Shown here: piece by piece, positions 1 to 11,609 of the stretch
Numbering within the stretch: position 1 is the first letter of the stretch
Layout: every line of letters begins with the position of its first letter
NCBI GenBank assembly: GCA_964016885.1
Contig: OZ024751.1
Coordinates: 36,828,001 to 36,892,000 of the forward strand
Source of the DNA: Eledone cirrhosa
Lineage: Eukaryota
DNA: 64,000 nt
Direction: 5' to 3'
Position numbers and translations under genes: made by a program
Notes under the pieces: generated by a model
Told to the model about the DNA's origin: nothing
The model's database searches: none
Seen by the model: the letters and a program-made list of their open reading frames with translations, nothing else

Positions 1-1312
1 AGCTGAATACCCTTAAAGCCGGAAAATGAAGTTGTATCGCGTTTAATGAGGGTTTCAAGTATTCCATTAAATAGTTGTTTGAGGTGTCTTGGCCTAGGAC
101 ATGTATGCCTTTAACGAAGTCCACCGTGTTGTAATGACACTGACCAGGTCACGTGTCTGAGAACACCTTTCTCACAAGTGCCACAGAAACATTGAAAAAG
201 GTTACCTGCCGCCTCCAGAATAATGTCATTAAATAAAATATATAAATAATCATTTGTGTTTGTGAGTGTTTGTACAAGGTCAAGTTCCTTTCCTTGAAAT
301 TTTCCCATAAGTTTATGTCAGCTTATGTTAATATAACGATCTTTTCTTTTCATGTTCTAGTAAGTTTAGTAGCTATAGCCTGTTTGTATTTTTTGTGTCA
401 GGTCAAAAGGATTTGCATAATTTATGCAGCAAAATTAATAACAATAAACAAACAGCTTACTATATAAATAAAGGAGAAACCCATTTGATTGGCCTCGTGA
501 AACTGAAGCAAATATCTATACATATATATATGTGCCTGTACATATATATGAAAAGCAGAAGAACTGCGAAACCGGTAAAGGAACAAAATAAATATATATT
601 TTTATAAAAAAAAGACTCCAGTTGCATTTTCGATTTCATCTTTTTTCCTTATACTTTCATTCATGTAGGACACCTCGTTTTTTTTTTCATTTTGTAAAAA
701 ACCCTCACTTTCTAATATATATATATATATTAAACGTAAAGGAACTCAGCAACCTCTCCAAGTCTGAACATAGTCTATGTCTCCCAGAGAAGGAGATAGT
801 AAGTGATAGAGAGGAAGCACAAAAGATATATGGAGGGAAAATGAACCTCGAAATGATAAATGGCAAAGTTGAACTCGGGTGGAATATTAACTCAGAGAAG
901 AGAGAAACGGAAGGCCTATATGAAGCTGATTATATCAACAGAACTGCCTACTTCGGAAATGATGAAGTAGCATTCCACTAACACGTGAACGATCAGCATA
1001 TTTCTCAGGGAGATTCAGCATAACAGGATGCACATACATATAGGCGAAATGCTAGTTAAACCTCCGCTCCTCAGAAAATTGACGTCATTTGTTGAAACCA
1101 GTTTAATCGGAAGCAGGTTTAAAATGAACATTTCGTTTTTTGCAAAAAACATAATGAGAGAAAAGACATCTAATACCATAAATAATAGAAACTTAGAACG
1201 CAATCCGGTTTTCTCTTGCTCGAAATAAATAATTATACCTAAATAAATGAATAGATAATATGTAAAAAAAAGAGGTAAATAATAAATAAATAAATAAATA
1301 AATAGAGGTGGA

Positions 1313-1465
1313 GGCATGGCTATGTGGTTAAAGAGGTTTTCGTAATCATGAGGTTTCAAGTTCACTTCTAATACATGATATTTTGGGCAAGTATTTTCAA
1401 CTATATCCTTAGACTGGGTAATACATTGGGAGTGACATTTGGTAAAGGGAAGCTACAGAACCCCG

Positions 1466-1467
<2 letters not shown>
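1313..1467 (+). mobile_element. Diverged tRNA-derived SINE (octopus OK-like)
   Basis: GGCATGGCTATGTGGTTAA A-box head, degenerate B box, TTGGGCAAGT core and ...GAAGCTACAGAACCCCGTC end followed by (TA)n; similar to 22352-22515. Confidence 0.65.
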
Positions 1468-1529
<62 letters not shown>

Positions 1530-1906
1530 AACAACAAACAGTGGAGGACGCGTTTCGCACCTTTCCGACAGACAACCTTTCCCCCACCCCGGAAAAAACC
1601 CCAGTTGATGGATGTGAATCCGAAATATATAGGGACAATTAAATCTCTCCCAAGGTAACTCTCTCTCGTGTTCTTATTTTTATTTTATCCTTTATACTCT
1701 TTCCTTCATTCTTCTACACGTCTTATACGCACCACGCTTCTCAACGTACACCCACTTACCTCTCTCTCTCCACCACCGGATCTTGTTACCCGGAGATTTA
1801 CCCATTTGCATTGTCGAGGCTTCCAAACGACTTAAAGATATTTACCTATTGTTCCACAATGCTTCAAGCAAACTTCAATACTCTCTTATATATATATATA
1901 TATATA

Positions 1907-2091
1907 AGTTTATCCCGGGTTCAATCGGGGGTAACCACAGTAAGTAAGGTACTCAATACAAAGCAGAGTATACATATTTAATATAGAAAATCCTTCTACA
2001 GGACTAGAACTGTTTCATTCGGGAGAAATCATCAGGAAGCCCTGGTGATTTCTCCCGAATGAAACAGTTCTAGTCCTGTAGACGCCTTTCT
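1907..2091. mobile_element. Fold-back hammerhead element, family D (Penelope-like pLTR remnant)
   Basis: Inverted arms of about 1984-2036 and 2041-2091, a one-sided tail at 1907-1983, and (TA)n flanks; a related fragment lies at about 59681-59720. Confidence 0.75.
1993..2040 (-). ncRNA. Type I hammerhead ribozyme motif (family D)
   Basis: Minus strand: CUUC-CUGAUGA-(UUUC UCCC GAAU)-GAAA-CAG uucuaguc CUG-UA^GAAG. Stem I CUUC/GAAG, GUA cleavage triplet. The plus-strand mirror copy has the core mutated to CUGGUGA. Confidence 0.65.
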
Positions 2092-2489
2092 ATATATTAT
2101 ATATACATATATATATATATGAAGGACGGCTGGGTTCTCTATATTTAACTTTGATAACTTTGATAGGTTTCGGCCTGTATTGGCCCAGGCCATATTTAAC
2201 TTATATATTACTGGTGTCCATATCGTGAAATATATCCTTTTAAGGTGGTGCTTCAGCATGATCGCAGTCAAATGAGTGAAACAAGTTAAATAAGAAGATA
2301 TTCTACACACATTAAACCAATCCGGTTATAAATAAATGTAACGCAAGTGTTGTGGTTCCTTCTTTTGTGGTTGTGAAACTAGTCGAACCACCCACAATAT
2401 CTGAATGTTGTGGGCTTATATAGGATTTTCACACAAATTTGTTTTCATTTGCAAACTGAATTGATTTATTTTCTATACCTTTTCACAGA

Positions 2490-2540
2490 CAACCACACAC
2501 GCATACATACATACAGAAAGAAAAAAAGAAAGATAGATGC

Positions 2541-2598
<58 letters not shown>

Positions 2599-2608
2599 TT
2601 CTTTATTT

Positions 2609-2670
<62 letters not shown>

Positions 2671-2820
2671 GAGTGAGAGAAAGATAGTTAGATAGATAGA
2701 TAGATAATTAGATAGATAGATAGATAGATGGATAGACAGAATGACAGACAGATAGATAGATAGATGGAGAGAGAGGGAGGGGGAGAAAGAAAGAGAGAGA
2801 GAGAGAGAGAGAGATAGAGA
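2490..2820. repeat. (GATA)n/(GA)n compound microsatellite
   Basis: Direct reading. Confidence 0.95.
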
Positions 2821-3067
2821 GGGGGGAGGGGCATTATATTTACTTATGGAAAAGCGGAAATGAAAGAATATTCTTTTAAATAACATCGCAACGAAATGTG
2901 GGGTGGGGGTCATGATAAGATTATAGTGATTGAAAATAAAGTCACACTTTAGCCATGGGAAAAAAGGGGCTAAAAAGGAATTAACATATTTCCAAAGTTT
3001 TTTAATATATATATATATTTATTTATATATATATATGTAAGTAATATATATATATAGAGAGTAAGTA

Positions 3068-3177
3068 ATAGGAAAATGTTTAACCCCGACGGCAGAACTT
3101 CGACGGCTATTTCTGGACTCCAGAAATAGTCGTCGAAACGGCTTGAGCTCTGCCGTCGGGGTTAAACATTTTCCTAT
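3068..3177. mobile_element. Fold-back element, family C (no tail)
   Basis: Imperfect palindrome ATAGGAAAATGTTTAACCCCGACGGC...GCCGTCGGGGTTAAACATTTTCCTAT, homologous to 9406-9533. Confidence 0.8.
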
Positions 3178-3199
3178 ATATATATCTGTTTAGGGCGGG

Positions 3200-3538
3200 T
3201 AAAATTCCCGTGATCCATGGACGAGTTCTCTCCAGCGGTCTCTATCATCCTTCATCATCGCTGCCATATCCTGCGTCTCTAAGAGACCAGTGTCTGTCAG
3301 GCCATCAACACATGTTAACCTCGGTCATTCTCTTCCAGTGTGTCCATGTAGGGGTTCCCATAGGAGCACTGAGTGCAGTGTCAACTCTGGATGTCGGTGA
3401 GCATGTCCAGCTAACCTCAGTCACCTCTGTGTCACTTTCGAGCTGACTTTTGGGAGGCTCCCGTACAGCTCTGAGTTCTTCATCCTCAGTGTATACTGAT
3501 TAATGTTCAGAGCCATCCTCAGCATTCTCGTGTAGCAC

Positions 3539-3540
<2 letters not shown>
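3200..3540 (-). pseudogene. RTE-clade LINE 3' fragment (C-terminal region of the ORF)
   Basis: Minus-strand translation GCYTRMLRMALNINQYTLRMKNSELYGSLPKVSSKVTQR*LRLAGHAHRHPELTLHSVLLWEPLHG...DGLTDTGLLETQDMAAMMKDDRDRWRELV; typical RTE C-terminal motifs (LYG, RLRxAGH, LLWEP, DRxxWR) with in-frame stops. Confidence 0.88.
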
Positions 3541-3583
<43 letters not shown>

Positions 3584-3704
3584 GGAGGTGAGTTTTATTG
3601 TAGCACAATAAAGCAATGCAAATATCGGATAAGTAGCACTCAACAGTTTATAGGACTGAAGTATACATAATATAAAATCAAAAGATGGTTAAAAGAGTTC
3701 CATA

Positions 3705-3772
3705 TATTTTATTATGCGCATTTCAAAAACAAATATCATCATGGGATGATATTTGCGTTCTCATCAGATAAA
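3705..3772 (-). ncRNA. Mirror-image hammerhead ribozyme (family A, minus strand)
   Basis: The reverse complement of the left arm gives UUUAU-CUGAUGAG...UGAAAUGCGCAUA^AUAAA with an intact core. Confidence 0.8.
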
Positions 3773-3838
3773 TCAACATATGTTGATTTAACACTTCAGT
3801 GCTCGCAAGTGTTTTTTAAGCTTCATATCATGTCTCCC

Positions 3839-3909
3839 TATTTTATCTGATGAGAACGCAAATATCATCCCGTGATGATATTTGTTTTTGAAATGCGCAT
3901 AATAAAATA
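3839..3909 (+). ncRNA. Minimal type I hammerhead ribozyme (family A)
   Basis: UAUUUUAU-CUGAUGA (3847-3853)-long stem II-GAAA (3890-3893)-U GCGC A-UA^AUAAAAUA; 8-bp stem I, palindromic stem III loop, AUA cleavage after 3901. Confidence 0.88.
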
Positions 3910-4032
3910 CATGGTACTCTTTTAACCATCTTTTGATTTTATATTATTTATATATATATATTTCTCCCACACTTTCCCCTTATTTTTTCCTGTTCCTTCC
4001 TCTTACCACTCTTTACTTTCTATTTACAAATT

Positions 4033-4070
4033 ATCTTCTGACGAAGGTCTAGGGTCCGAAACGTTAAGAT
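4033..4070 (+). ncRNA. Ultra-minimal hammerhead motif (family F, Penelope pLTR type)
   Basis: AUCUU-CUGACGA-AGG UCUAGGGU CC-GAAACGUU^AAGAU; stem I AUCUU/AAGAU; loopless palindromic AACGUU stem III (dimer type); the element starts after (TA)n at about 3961. Confidence 0.7.
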
Positions 4071-4218
4071 TCTCTTCCAGAGGAAAAAAAAAAAGCAGCC
4101 AACGCCCGCATTATGTTCTCATATGACCCCACTTAATGTTGAAATGAAAGTAAATAAATAGAACCAAACCAAACCAGCCAATACCCACCACCAAATCACA
4201 AATACTTAGTTGCACATT

Positions 4219-4475
4219 TCATGATGATGATGATGATGATGATGAAGGTGAAGGTGATGCTGATGCTGATGTTGGTGCGATGATAATATTGATGATGGTG
4301 GTAATGATGATGATGATGGTGATTGTAATGCTGATTATGGTGATGATGGTGATGATGATAATGACCATCATGATAATGACGATAATGATGATGATGACGA
4401 AAATGAAGATGATGATGATGATGATGAGGAGGAGGAGGAGGAGGAGGAGGGGGGGGGTAATGATGATGATGATAT
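4219..4475. repeat. (GAT)n/(GAG)n trinucleotide tract
   Basis: Direct reading. Confidence 0.95.
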
Positions 4476-5427
4476 CAGATGAAAGAAGCAAAGTAGACAA
4501 ATTAAGAAAGAAAACAAGAGAGAGAGAGGGGGCAAACAGAAAAACGCCAGAGAATGAGAGAGAGGTGGGAGTGAGGGAAGGAGGCAGGAAAGAGAAAAGA
4601 AAAAGAGAAACAATAAAAAATAAAAGTAAAATTATCAAAAACAAAAATGTCAGTAATTTAAATTGTTTGTTTTGCTTGGTTTTGTTTTTCTAATTTACCA
4701 TTTCACGGCCTTTTGCCAATTCCATATAAATTCCTTAATTTCTTTTCTAAAGGCCCCAATCCCCTTTTTATTCTCATTCCTTTTCCCACCTGACCCCTAA
4801 GATTCTCTCTGAACGCTTCATTAACTTCAAATATATTGCACTCTAAAACAGAAGAAAAGGCTTACCGCAAGGTTAATGTCGAAAATAAGAATACAAAAAC
4901 AAAAGAAAAAAACGAAAAAAAAACAAAAAAATAAAAAATAAAAAATAAAAAACGAAACAAATTTGATAATATAAATAATATAAAACAAAATTAAATAGAT
5001 AAATAAATAAATAAATACTGATAGCGTGACCATCTGGTGGTGGTCAGTTGACCGTGACCGACACAGTTGAATGCTGGAGTTGTAAAGAAATTTTAAACTG
5101 GACGATTAAACCGAGACAGCAAGAGACATAGGCCCGTACCAAACACTAAATACACGGTTTCAATTTCCGCTTGATATCATTTTACTTCATCTATATACTA
5201 TTTAAACCCCCTGGGGAAATAGCATGAATGCCACAGCCTCCCAGTTTTATTTTTCCTTAAAATATATGGTTGTATATCAAGGTGAAATATTCAGACTTTT
5301 CCCGCTTTAACACGAATAAATGATTTTACTTTCTAATTCATTTATTTATTTAAACACTAACTTGTTAAGCTTGCCTTCAACAACAACAACGAGAAGAAAA
5401 ATAAATATTTTCTTTACAAAAATAATT

Positions 5428-6149
5428 TCTAGTATAGGCACAAGGCCAGTAATTTGGGGGGAGGGGAAATTCGATTAAATCGACCCCAGTACGTTACCAG
5501 TGCTTTATTTTATCGACCTCGTAAAGATGAAACTCAAAGTTATTTTAACTCAGGATTTAACGGCGGGATTTTAACTCAGACTGTAAAGGACCGTAACTCT
5601 ATGCTGCAAAGGATGGTGTCCGACTCTACCGATAATTGTTTCTATTTTAGGCACAAGGCCAGCAATTATCCAGTGCATTACTGGTACTTTATTTTATCGA
5701 CCCCGTAAGGATGAAAGGCAAAGTCAACCTCGGCGGGATTTGAACTCAGATCGTAAAGGGACGTAACTATGCTGGAAAGCATGGCGTCCGACCCTCTACC
5801 GATACTGCCAATCCCCCGCCCTTATACGGTTATAAATAACTTTACCTCAATGTCTCCGAGTCAATAAGTGTTTTCTGATGATAAATAATTGTTTCTACTT
5901 TTAGCACAAGGCCAGCAATTACTCCAGTGTATTACTGGTACTTTATTTTATCGACCCCGTAAAGATGAAAAAAAAAAATTGTTTCTACTTTTGGCGCAAG
6001 GCCAGCAATTATCTCAATGTATTACTGGTACTTTATTTTATCGACCCCGTAAGGATGAAAGGCAAAGTTAACCTCGGCGAGATTTGAACGTAAAGGGACG
6101 TAACTCTATGCTTCAAAGCATGGTATCCGACTCTCTACCAATACTGCCA
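5428..6149 (-). mobile_element. Cluster of four tandem, partly truncated tRNA-derived SINEs (Meta/MESC-like core)
   Basis: Repeated reverse complement of GAGTTCAAATCCCGCCGAGGTT.ACTTTGCCTTTCATCCTTACGGGGTCGATAAAATAAAGTACCAG...CTGGCCTTGTGCC.AAAGTAGAAACAATT; the most complete copy is at 5634-5821. Confidence 0.85.
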
Positions 6150-6417
6150 ACAAATAATACGTCTGAAATATATCGATCTTTCGATATATCGATCTTTCAC
6201 CTTATGTTCACACACACTTACACACATACACTTACACACACATATATATATATAGAAAGAGATAGATAGGGAAAATCCTGACTGCGGCGCTAAGCAGTAT
6301 CATCTGAAATCGCTTGGCGCCGTGGTCGGGATCTTACCTATCTCTATACCCACTCTGCATCTCTCCCATACATTGAGTACACCCATGATTACTGGTCTTC
6401 TCAGTTTCAGCACCGAA

Positions 6418-6474
<57 letters not shown>

Positions 6475-7110
6475 GTGTATGTTCGACCTCTGGCGTTCAT
6501 GGATATTTTTCACAATATCTACCATCCTGTGGTAGCAACAACAACTTGATTGTTTGTTAATATTTATATACAAAGTATAGGTGTTGACTTGTTGAAAATG
6601 GAAACATTTTTTCTCCTTTGTTTACATACTTCACTTAGTAAATATATTTCTTAGATTATGAACAGTTCCAAACAATGTAAATATTTCACTGATGTTGATG
6701 TTTGTTTATCATTGGAAGTTGTTTGATGTAGAATTGGAAGATTTTTGCTGTGAAATACAACTAGTTTTTGGCAACTATTATTGCTTCACACATCTATTTA
6801 TTTATCTATATGTTCTATATTGAAGGTTGTGAACAATAGTGTCGTTAGTTAAATGTTTTGAACAGGCCAATAACGAGTAGGCTGCATGTCTAACTTTGAA
6901 AGTGATGAAACTGTGTCTCTAACTAGACGTAGAACAAATACTAAAAATAATTGAGTTCATGAAGACCTGGGGTTTCATTTAGTGCTGATGATCATACCTC
7001 CCATATCGATACACAGTGAAATTTATACATATATACACACACATATACATAATACATTAATATATACATACAACATACATATATACATAATGCATAAATA
7101 CACATATATA

Positions 7111-7285
7111 TAATTGTTTCTACTTTTGGCACAAGGCCAGCAATTATCCCAGTGTATTACTGGTGTTTTATTTTATCGACTCCATAAGGATGAAGGACAA
7201 AGTTAACCTCGGCGGGATTTGAACTCAGACCATAAAGGGCCGTAACTCTTTGCTGCAAAGCATGGCGTCAGACCCTCTACCGATA
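7111..7285 (-). mobile_element. tRNA-derived SINE (Meta-like core)
   Basis: Same family as 27114-27302. Confidence 0.85.
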
Positions 7286-7319
7286 CAATATATACAGACA
7301 GATAGATAGACCTGCATAA

Positions 7320-7578
7320 TGGTTGCATCTCAGTTCCAACAATTGTCATCATTTTACATTTTCTCCTCATAGGTGACACGAACCTAGTTTTTACCCCTCT
7401 CAAGGACTTAGATTCCTTTCTGCATATGTTACAGTGAAAGAAAAAAAAGTGCGATGTTGACGCAAAACACATGAAATTCTTTCAAATCAAGTGATTGTCT
7501 GTGTTTGAAGCTTTTTCAAGTGAAGAAATGCCTTGCACTGAACCAATCCTACTCTCCGAACAAGGGGGACAGATATCC
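7320..7578. repeat. Dispersed repeat of about 260 bp (second copy at 38550-38811)
   Basis: Colinear similarity TGCATCTCAGTT...CTTTCT.CATATGTT.CAG.GAAA...ATCAAGTGAT...TGTTTGAAGCTTTT...AAGTGAAGAA...GCCTTGCA...ACCAATCCTAC.CTCCGAACAA.GG.GACAGATAT. Confidence 0.8.
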
Positions 7579-7630
7579 TAAAAGAGGAACGGCTCAACAT
7601 TATTGCCTGCCATCCAGTTGCAAGTTTTGC

Positions 7631-8458
7631 ATCAGAGGAAGACACGACAACACGATGAGATATCGAAGCAGACACCTTAAGGTTTAACCAACTGTCAGAG
7701 GAAAACATAATAGCCACGATGAGATATCGAACTAGACATCGTAAGGTTTAACCAAATGTCAGAGGAAGAAACAATAACACGATGAGATATCGAAGCAGAC
7801 ACCTTAAGGTTTAACCAACTGTCAGAGGAAAACACAATAGCGACGATGAGATATCGAACTAGACATCGTAAGGTTTAACCAAATGTCAGAGGAAGAAACA
7901 ATAACACGATGAGATATCGAAGCAGACACCTTAAGGTTTAACCAACTGTCAGAGGAAAACACAATAGCGACGATGAGATATCGAACTAGACATCGTAAGG
8001 TTTAACCAAATGTCAGAGGAAGAAACAATAACACGATGAGATATCGAAGCAGACACCTTAAGGTTTAACCAACTGTCAGAGGAAAACACAATAGCGACGA
8101 TGAGATATCGAACTAGACATCGTAAGGTTTAACCAAATGTCAGAGGAAGAAACAATAACACGATGAGATATCGAAGCAGACACCTTAAGGTTTAACCAAC
8201 TGTCAGAGGAAAACACAATAGCGACGATGAGATATCGAACTAGACATCGTAAGGTTTAGCCAAATGTCAGAGGAAGAAACAATAACACGATGAGATATCG
8301 AAGCAGACACCTTAAGGTTTAACCAACTGTCAGAGGAAAACACAATAGCGACGATGAGATATCGAACTAGACATCGTAAGGTTTAACCAAATGTCAGAGG
8401 AAGAAACAATAACACGATGAGATATCGAACCAGACACCTTAAGGTTTAACCAAATGTC
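7631..8458. repeat. Minisatellite with a dimeric 127-bp higher-order unit (alternating 64- and 63-bp monomers, about 13 monomers)
   Basis: GTCAGAGG recurs at 7694, 7758, 7821, 7885 and onward; A and B variants alternate strictly. Confidence 0.95.
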
Positions 8459-8899
8459 CATGCCACGTCTATGACTAATAACACTATACACCCACCTTAT
8501 AACAAAATCCCAATATATATTTATGAGAGGAAGTTGTGTGAAATCATGTGGGTAATAAGAGCTTGGAGAGGTTAAGGAAAAACTTGAGCTTTATTTATCT
8601 AATAGAAAGTTTGTGGCTTTTCTTTTTAATCTAGAATCTGATGAAGAAAAGTGGGACATTGAGAGTGTGGGGATCTGGGAATGAAATTAAGGTTGATATA
8701 CAAAATTGTGATCGTAAATCCGGTCATTATGTGTTGTTGTTGTTGTTGTTCTTCTTCTTCTTCTTCTTCTTCTTTCTTCTTCTTCTTGTAGGGGTTAGTT
8801 GGTAACTGCCATATGGTATCTTTTAGTGGATATATGAGGAGGATAACTTGTAAATAGATGTGATTAAGTGTGCTTGTGTGTATGTGTGTGTATGTATGT

Positions 8900-8970
<71 letters not shown>

Positions 8971-9063
8971 ATGAATGAATATATTTTCCTATGATTTCGT
9001 CAATATTTTGGGAAAGGTTTTATAGATGTGTATGTGTGCGTTTAAGCCTGTACAGATGTACAA

Positions 9064-9102
<39 letters not shown>

Positions 9103-9405
9103 CATAATATATACATACACACACACAAATATATATAGCATGCCCACATACCCATGGACTGTCGAATGTATTATGAGAGAAATTGAGGAGAGACGCTGTT
9201 TGAAAGCTTGTCGCACGAGCTGTAATTGTAATTCGAACAGGTTGCCTTGTCTCATGATGATGATGATGATGATGATGGTGACGTTTCACCTTCTATTTAA
9301 AGGGTATATATTTTATTGATGCCGAAACCGTATCTATATCGAAACGACCGGAGCTCAGCCGTCGGGGTCCTGACTCTTTTCCTATATATATATATATATA
9401 TATAT

Positions 9406-9609
9406 ATAGGAACAAGTAAGGCCCCGACGGCTGAGCTCAAGCCGTTTCGACGGCTAATTCTGGACTGAATTCAGTCCAGAATTAGCCGTCGAAACGGCTT
9501 GAGCTCAGCCGTCGGGGTCTTACTTGTTCCTATTACCCACTCTACTACCCTAAGTATTGAGTACTTTGGTGCGTTATGGTCCACCTGGTTCCTTACCCCA
9601 TTTCCTTCG

Positions 9610-9611
<2 letters not shown>
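9406..9611. mobile_element. Fold-back element, family C, with tail
   Basis: Near-perfect palindrome at 9406-9533 centred on TGAATTCA, tail at 9534-9610, (TA)n flanks; a partial diverged copy lies at 9339-9385. Confidence 0.9.
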
Positions 9612-9655
<44 letters not shown>

Positions 9656-10774
9656 ATGCGTGTGTATGTGTGCGCGCGCGCGTGTGTGTCTGCGTGCGTG
9701 TATACCTATCTACACACGCACGTCGCCTTCAAACGCATGGTTTGGTGCCAATGTAGGAAGTCCTAATTTAAGGCTCACATAAAGTTTTATGTTTACGAAG
9801 GAATCGGTAAAGAAGGAATTAATAAACATCGCATCATTAGAACCGGATGGAAGTAAAACTGTTCCAATATTGAGTAAAAGAGCTATAAAATTGCTAGTTG
9901 ACCCCACTGACTTTACTTCCGGTTTGGGCCTTAATAAAAAAGATGATACCCCTTTCAACTAGATGGGTAGCATCACCACCTCTTCCGTCAACATCACCAG
10001 CACCATCATCACCATCATCATCATCACCGCCCCCGCTTCCATTCTTATTGCTCTCACTACCACCATCCTCCTCTCCTCCATCACCACCACTGCCATCATT
10101 CACTATCACCAGTACCACGAGCATCAGCTACACCACCACTACAATAACAAAAACCAACCACTTCATCATCATTATCACAACCACCTCTCCATTAACACCC
10201 AAAATCCCTAACACCAAAAGCACCAACACCGCCACCACCACCTACACCAAAAGCACCATCACCACCACCACCACCACCTACACCAAAAGCACCATCACCA
10301 CCACCACCACCTACACCAAAAGCACCATCAGCATCACCACAATCACCTGCATTAACAATTCTCAAATCATTTTGTTTTTCCCCAAAAGAATAAAAACCAA
10401 AATTGACCCCAGCGAGATTTGAACTAAGAACCTGGACAAGTAAAAGAAATTCAATACCGCAAAACATTTTATTTGACGCTCCATGGTTCTACATAATTCT
10501 CCGCTATGATATTAACATTATAAGGCGAACTTAAAACTGTGAAAAGCTTTTCATCGCTGGCTGCTTCTCTTCTCCTCTAAGATCTTCACCAATAGTAGAT
10601 TTAGTATTAGTTACGATAAGACCACCTATACATGGATTATAACGAGATATATATATAAAGGACACAAATAAAAGAATGATAGAACCGTTAAAGTGCAACA
10701 GGGCAGATTGAGAAAATACCAGAAGGTAGTAGTAACCTTTAAGAGTTTTTTTTTGTATGTGACAGGATGTGTGT

Positions 10775-10816
<42 letters not shown>

Positions 10817-10817
<1 letters not shown>

Positions 10818-10877
10818 ACTCTTTTACTCTCTTACCTGTTTCAGCCATCCGGCTGATGCCATGCTGGGGCACCGCCC
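10817..10877 (-). mobile_element. SINE 3' tail fragment (second octopus-type family)
   Basis: TACTCTTTTACT...TGTTTCAGCCAT...GCCATGCTGGGGCACCGCC; related pieces at 23225-23362 and, inverted, at 50799-50900. Confidence 0.6.
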
Positions 10878-10920
10878 CATATGTATATATATATATAAAC
10901 TCACACACATATGTATATAT

Positions 10921-10957
<37 letters not shown>

Positions 10958-11023
10958 CATATATATAAATATATATATACATATATATATATAGATAGAT
11001 ATACACACATATATATGTATGTG

Positions 11024-11060
<37 letters not shown>

Positions 11061-11549
11061 AGACGACGGGAGTAGCGCCAATATGTATATATATATATGT
11101 GTGTGTGTGTTTGTGTGTGTTGTTTGTGTATGTATAAAGTTTATAAAGAATGAATATTTAGAGAGTATCGTGTCAAAACTGACTGGCTGCACTTAGGAAT
11201 GGTGGAAGGAGGGCAAAATATGGAGAAAAACTGGAAAACGGAGCGTTATAATGGCAAAAGAATTTGGCTGAGAAAATTAGTAAGCAGATGCGGTCGACCG
11301 TTTTTGATATGAAGGCAAACAATCTTTGTAAAAGACCATTGCTGGTTCTGGAACCATCCAAACTGAATGAACTCCCTTTCAACCCCCTCTCTCGTATTTT
11401 GAATTAGGGCCAATGAAATTTCCTTAGTCAGGTCTCGGTCTCTTTTCTGTGTCTGTCTGTCTGTCTATATGGCTACCTGTCTGCCTGTCTGTCTGTTTGG
11501 CTGACTGACTGTTTCTCTCTCCGAGTACATCTGGTGGTGATTCATATTT

Positions 11550-11563
11550 CTAGTAGTAGTAGC

Positions 11564-11609
<46 letters not shown>

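Larger units (their letters stand above)
3581..3948. mobile_element. Fold-back hammerhead element, family A, copy 1
   Basis: Tail at 3581-3666, inverted arms of about 3667-3772 and 3842-3947, (TA)n on both sides; homologous to 17389-17810 and 41716-42135. Confidence 0.9.

Noticed and set aside
622-981. 119-aa ORF with a protein-like C-terminal half
   Set aside because: No recognisable domain, it runs through a TA tract, and there are no clear splice sites. It may be a decayed TE but I cannot assign it.
7631-8458. CRISPR-like or hammerhead-satellite reading (ACGATGAG-ATAT-CGAAG/C)
   Set aside because: There are no unique spacers or cas genes and the context is eukaryotic. The core lacks CU and GAAA and there are no stems I or III.
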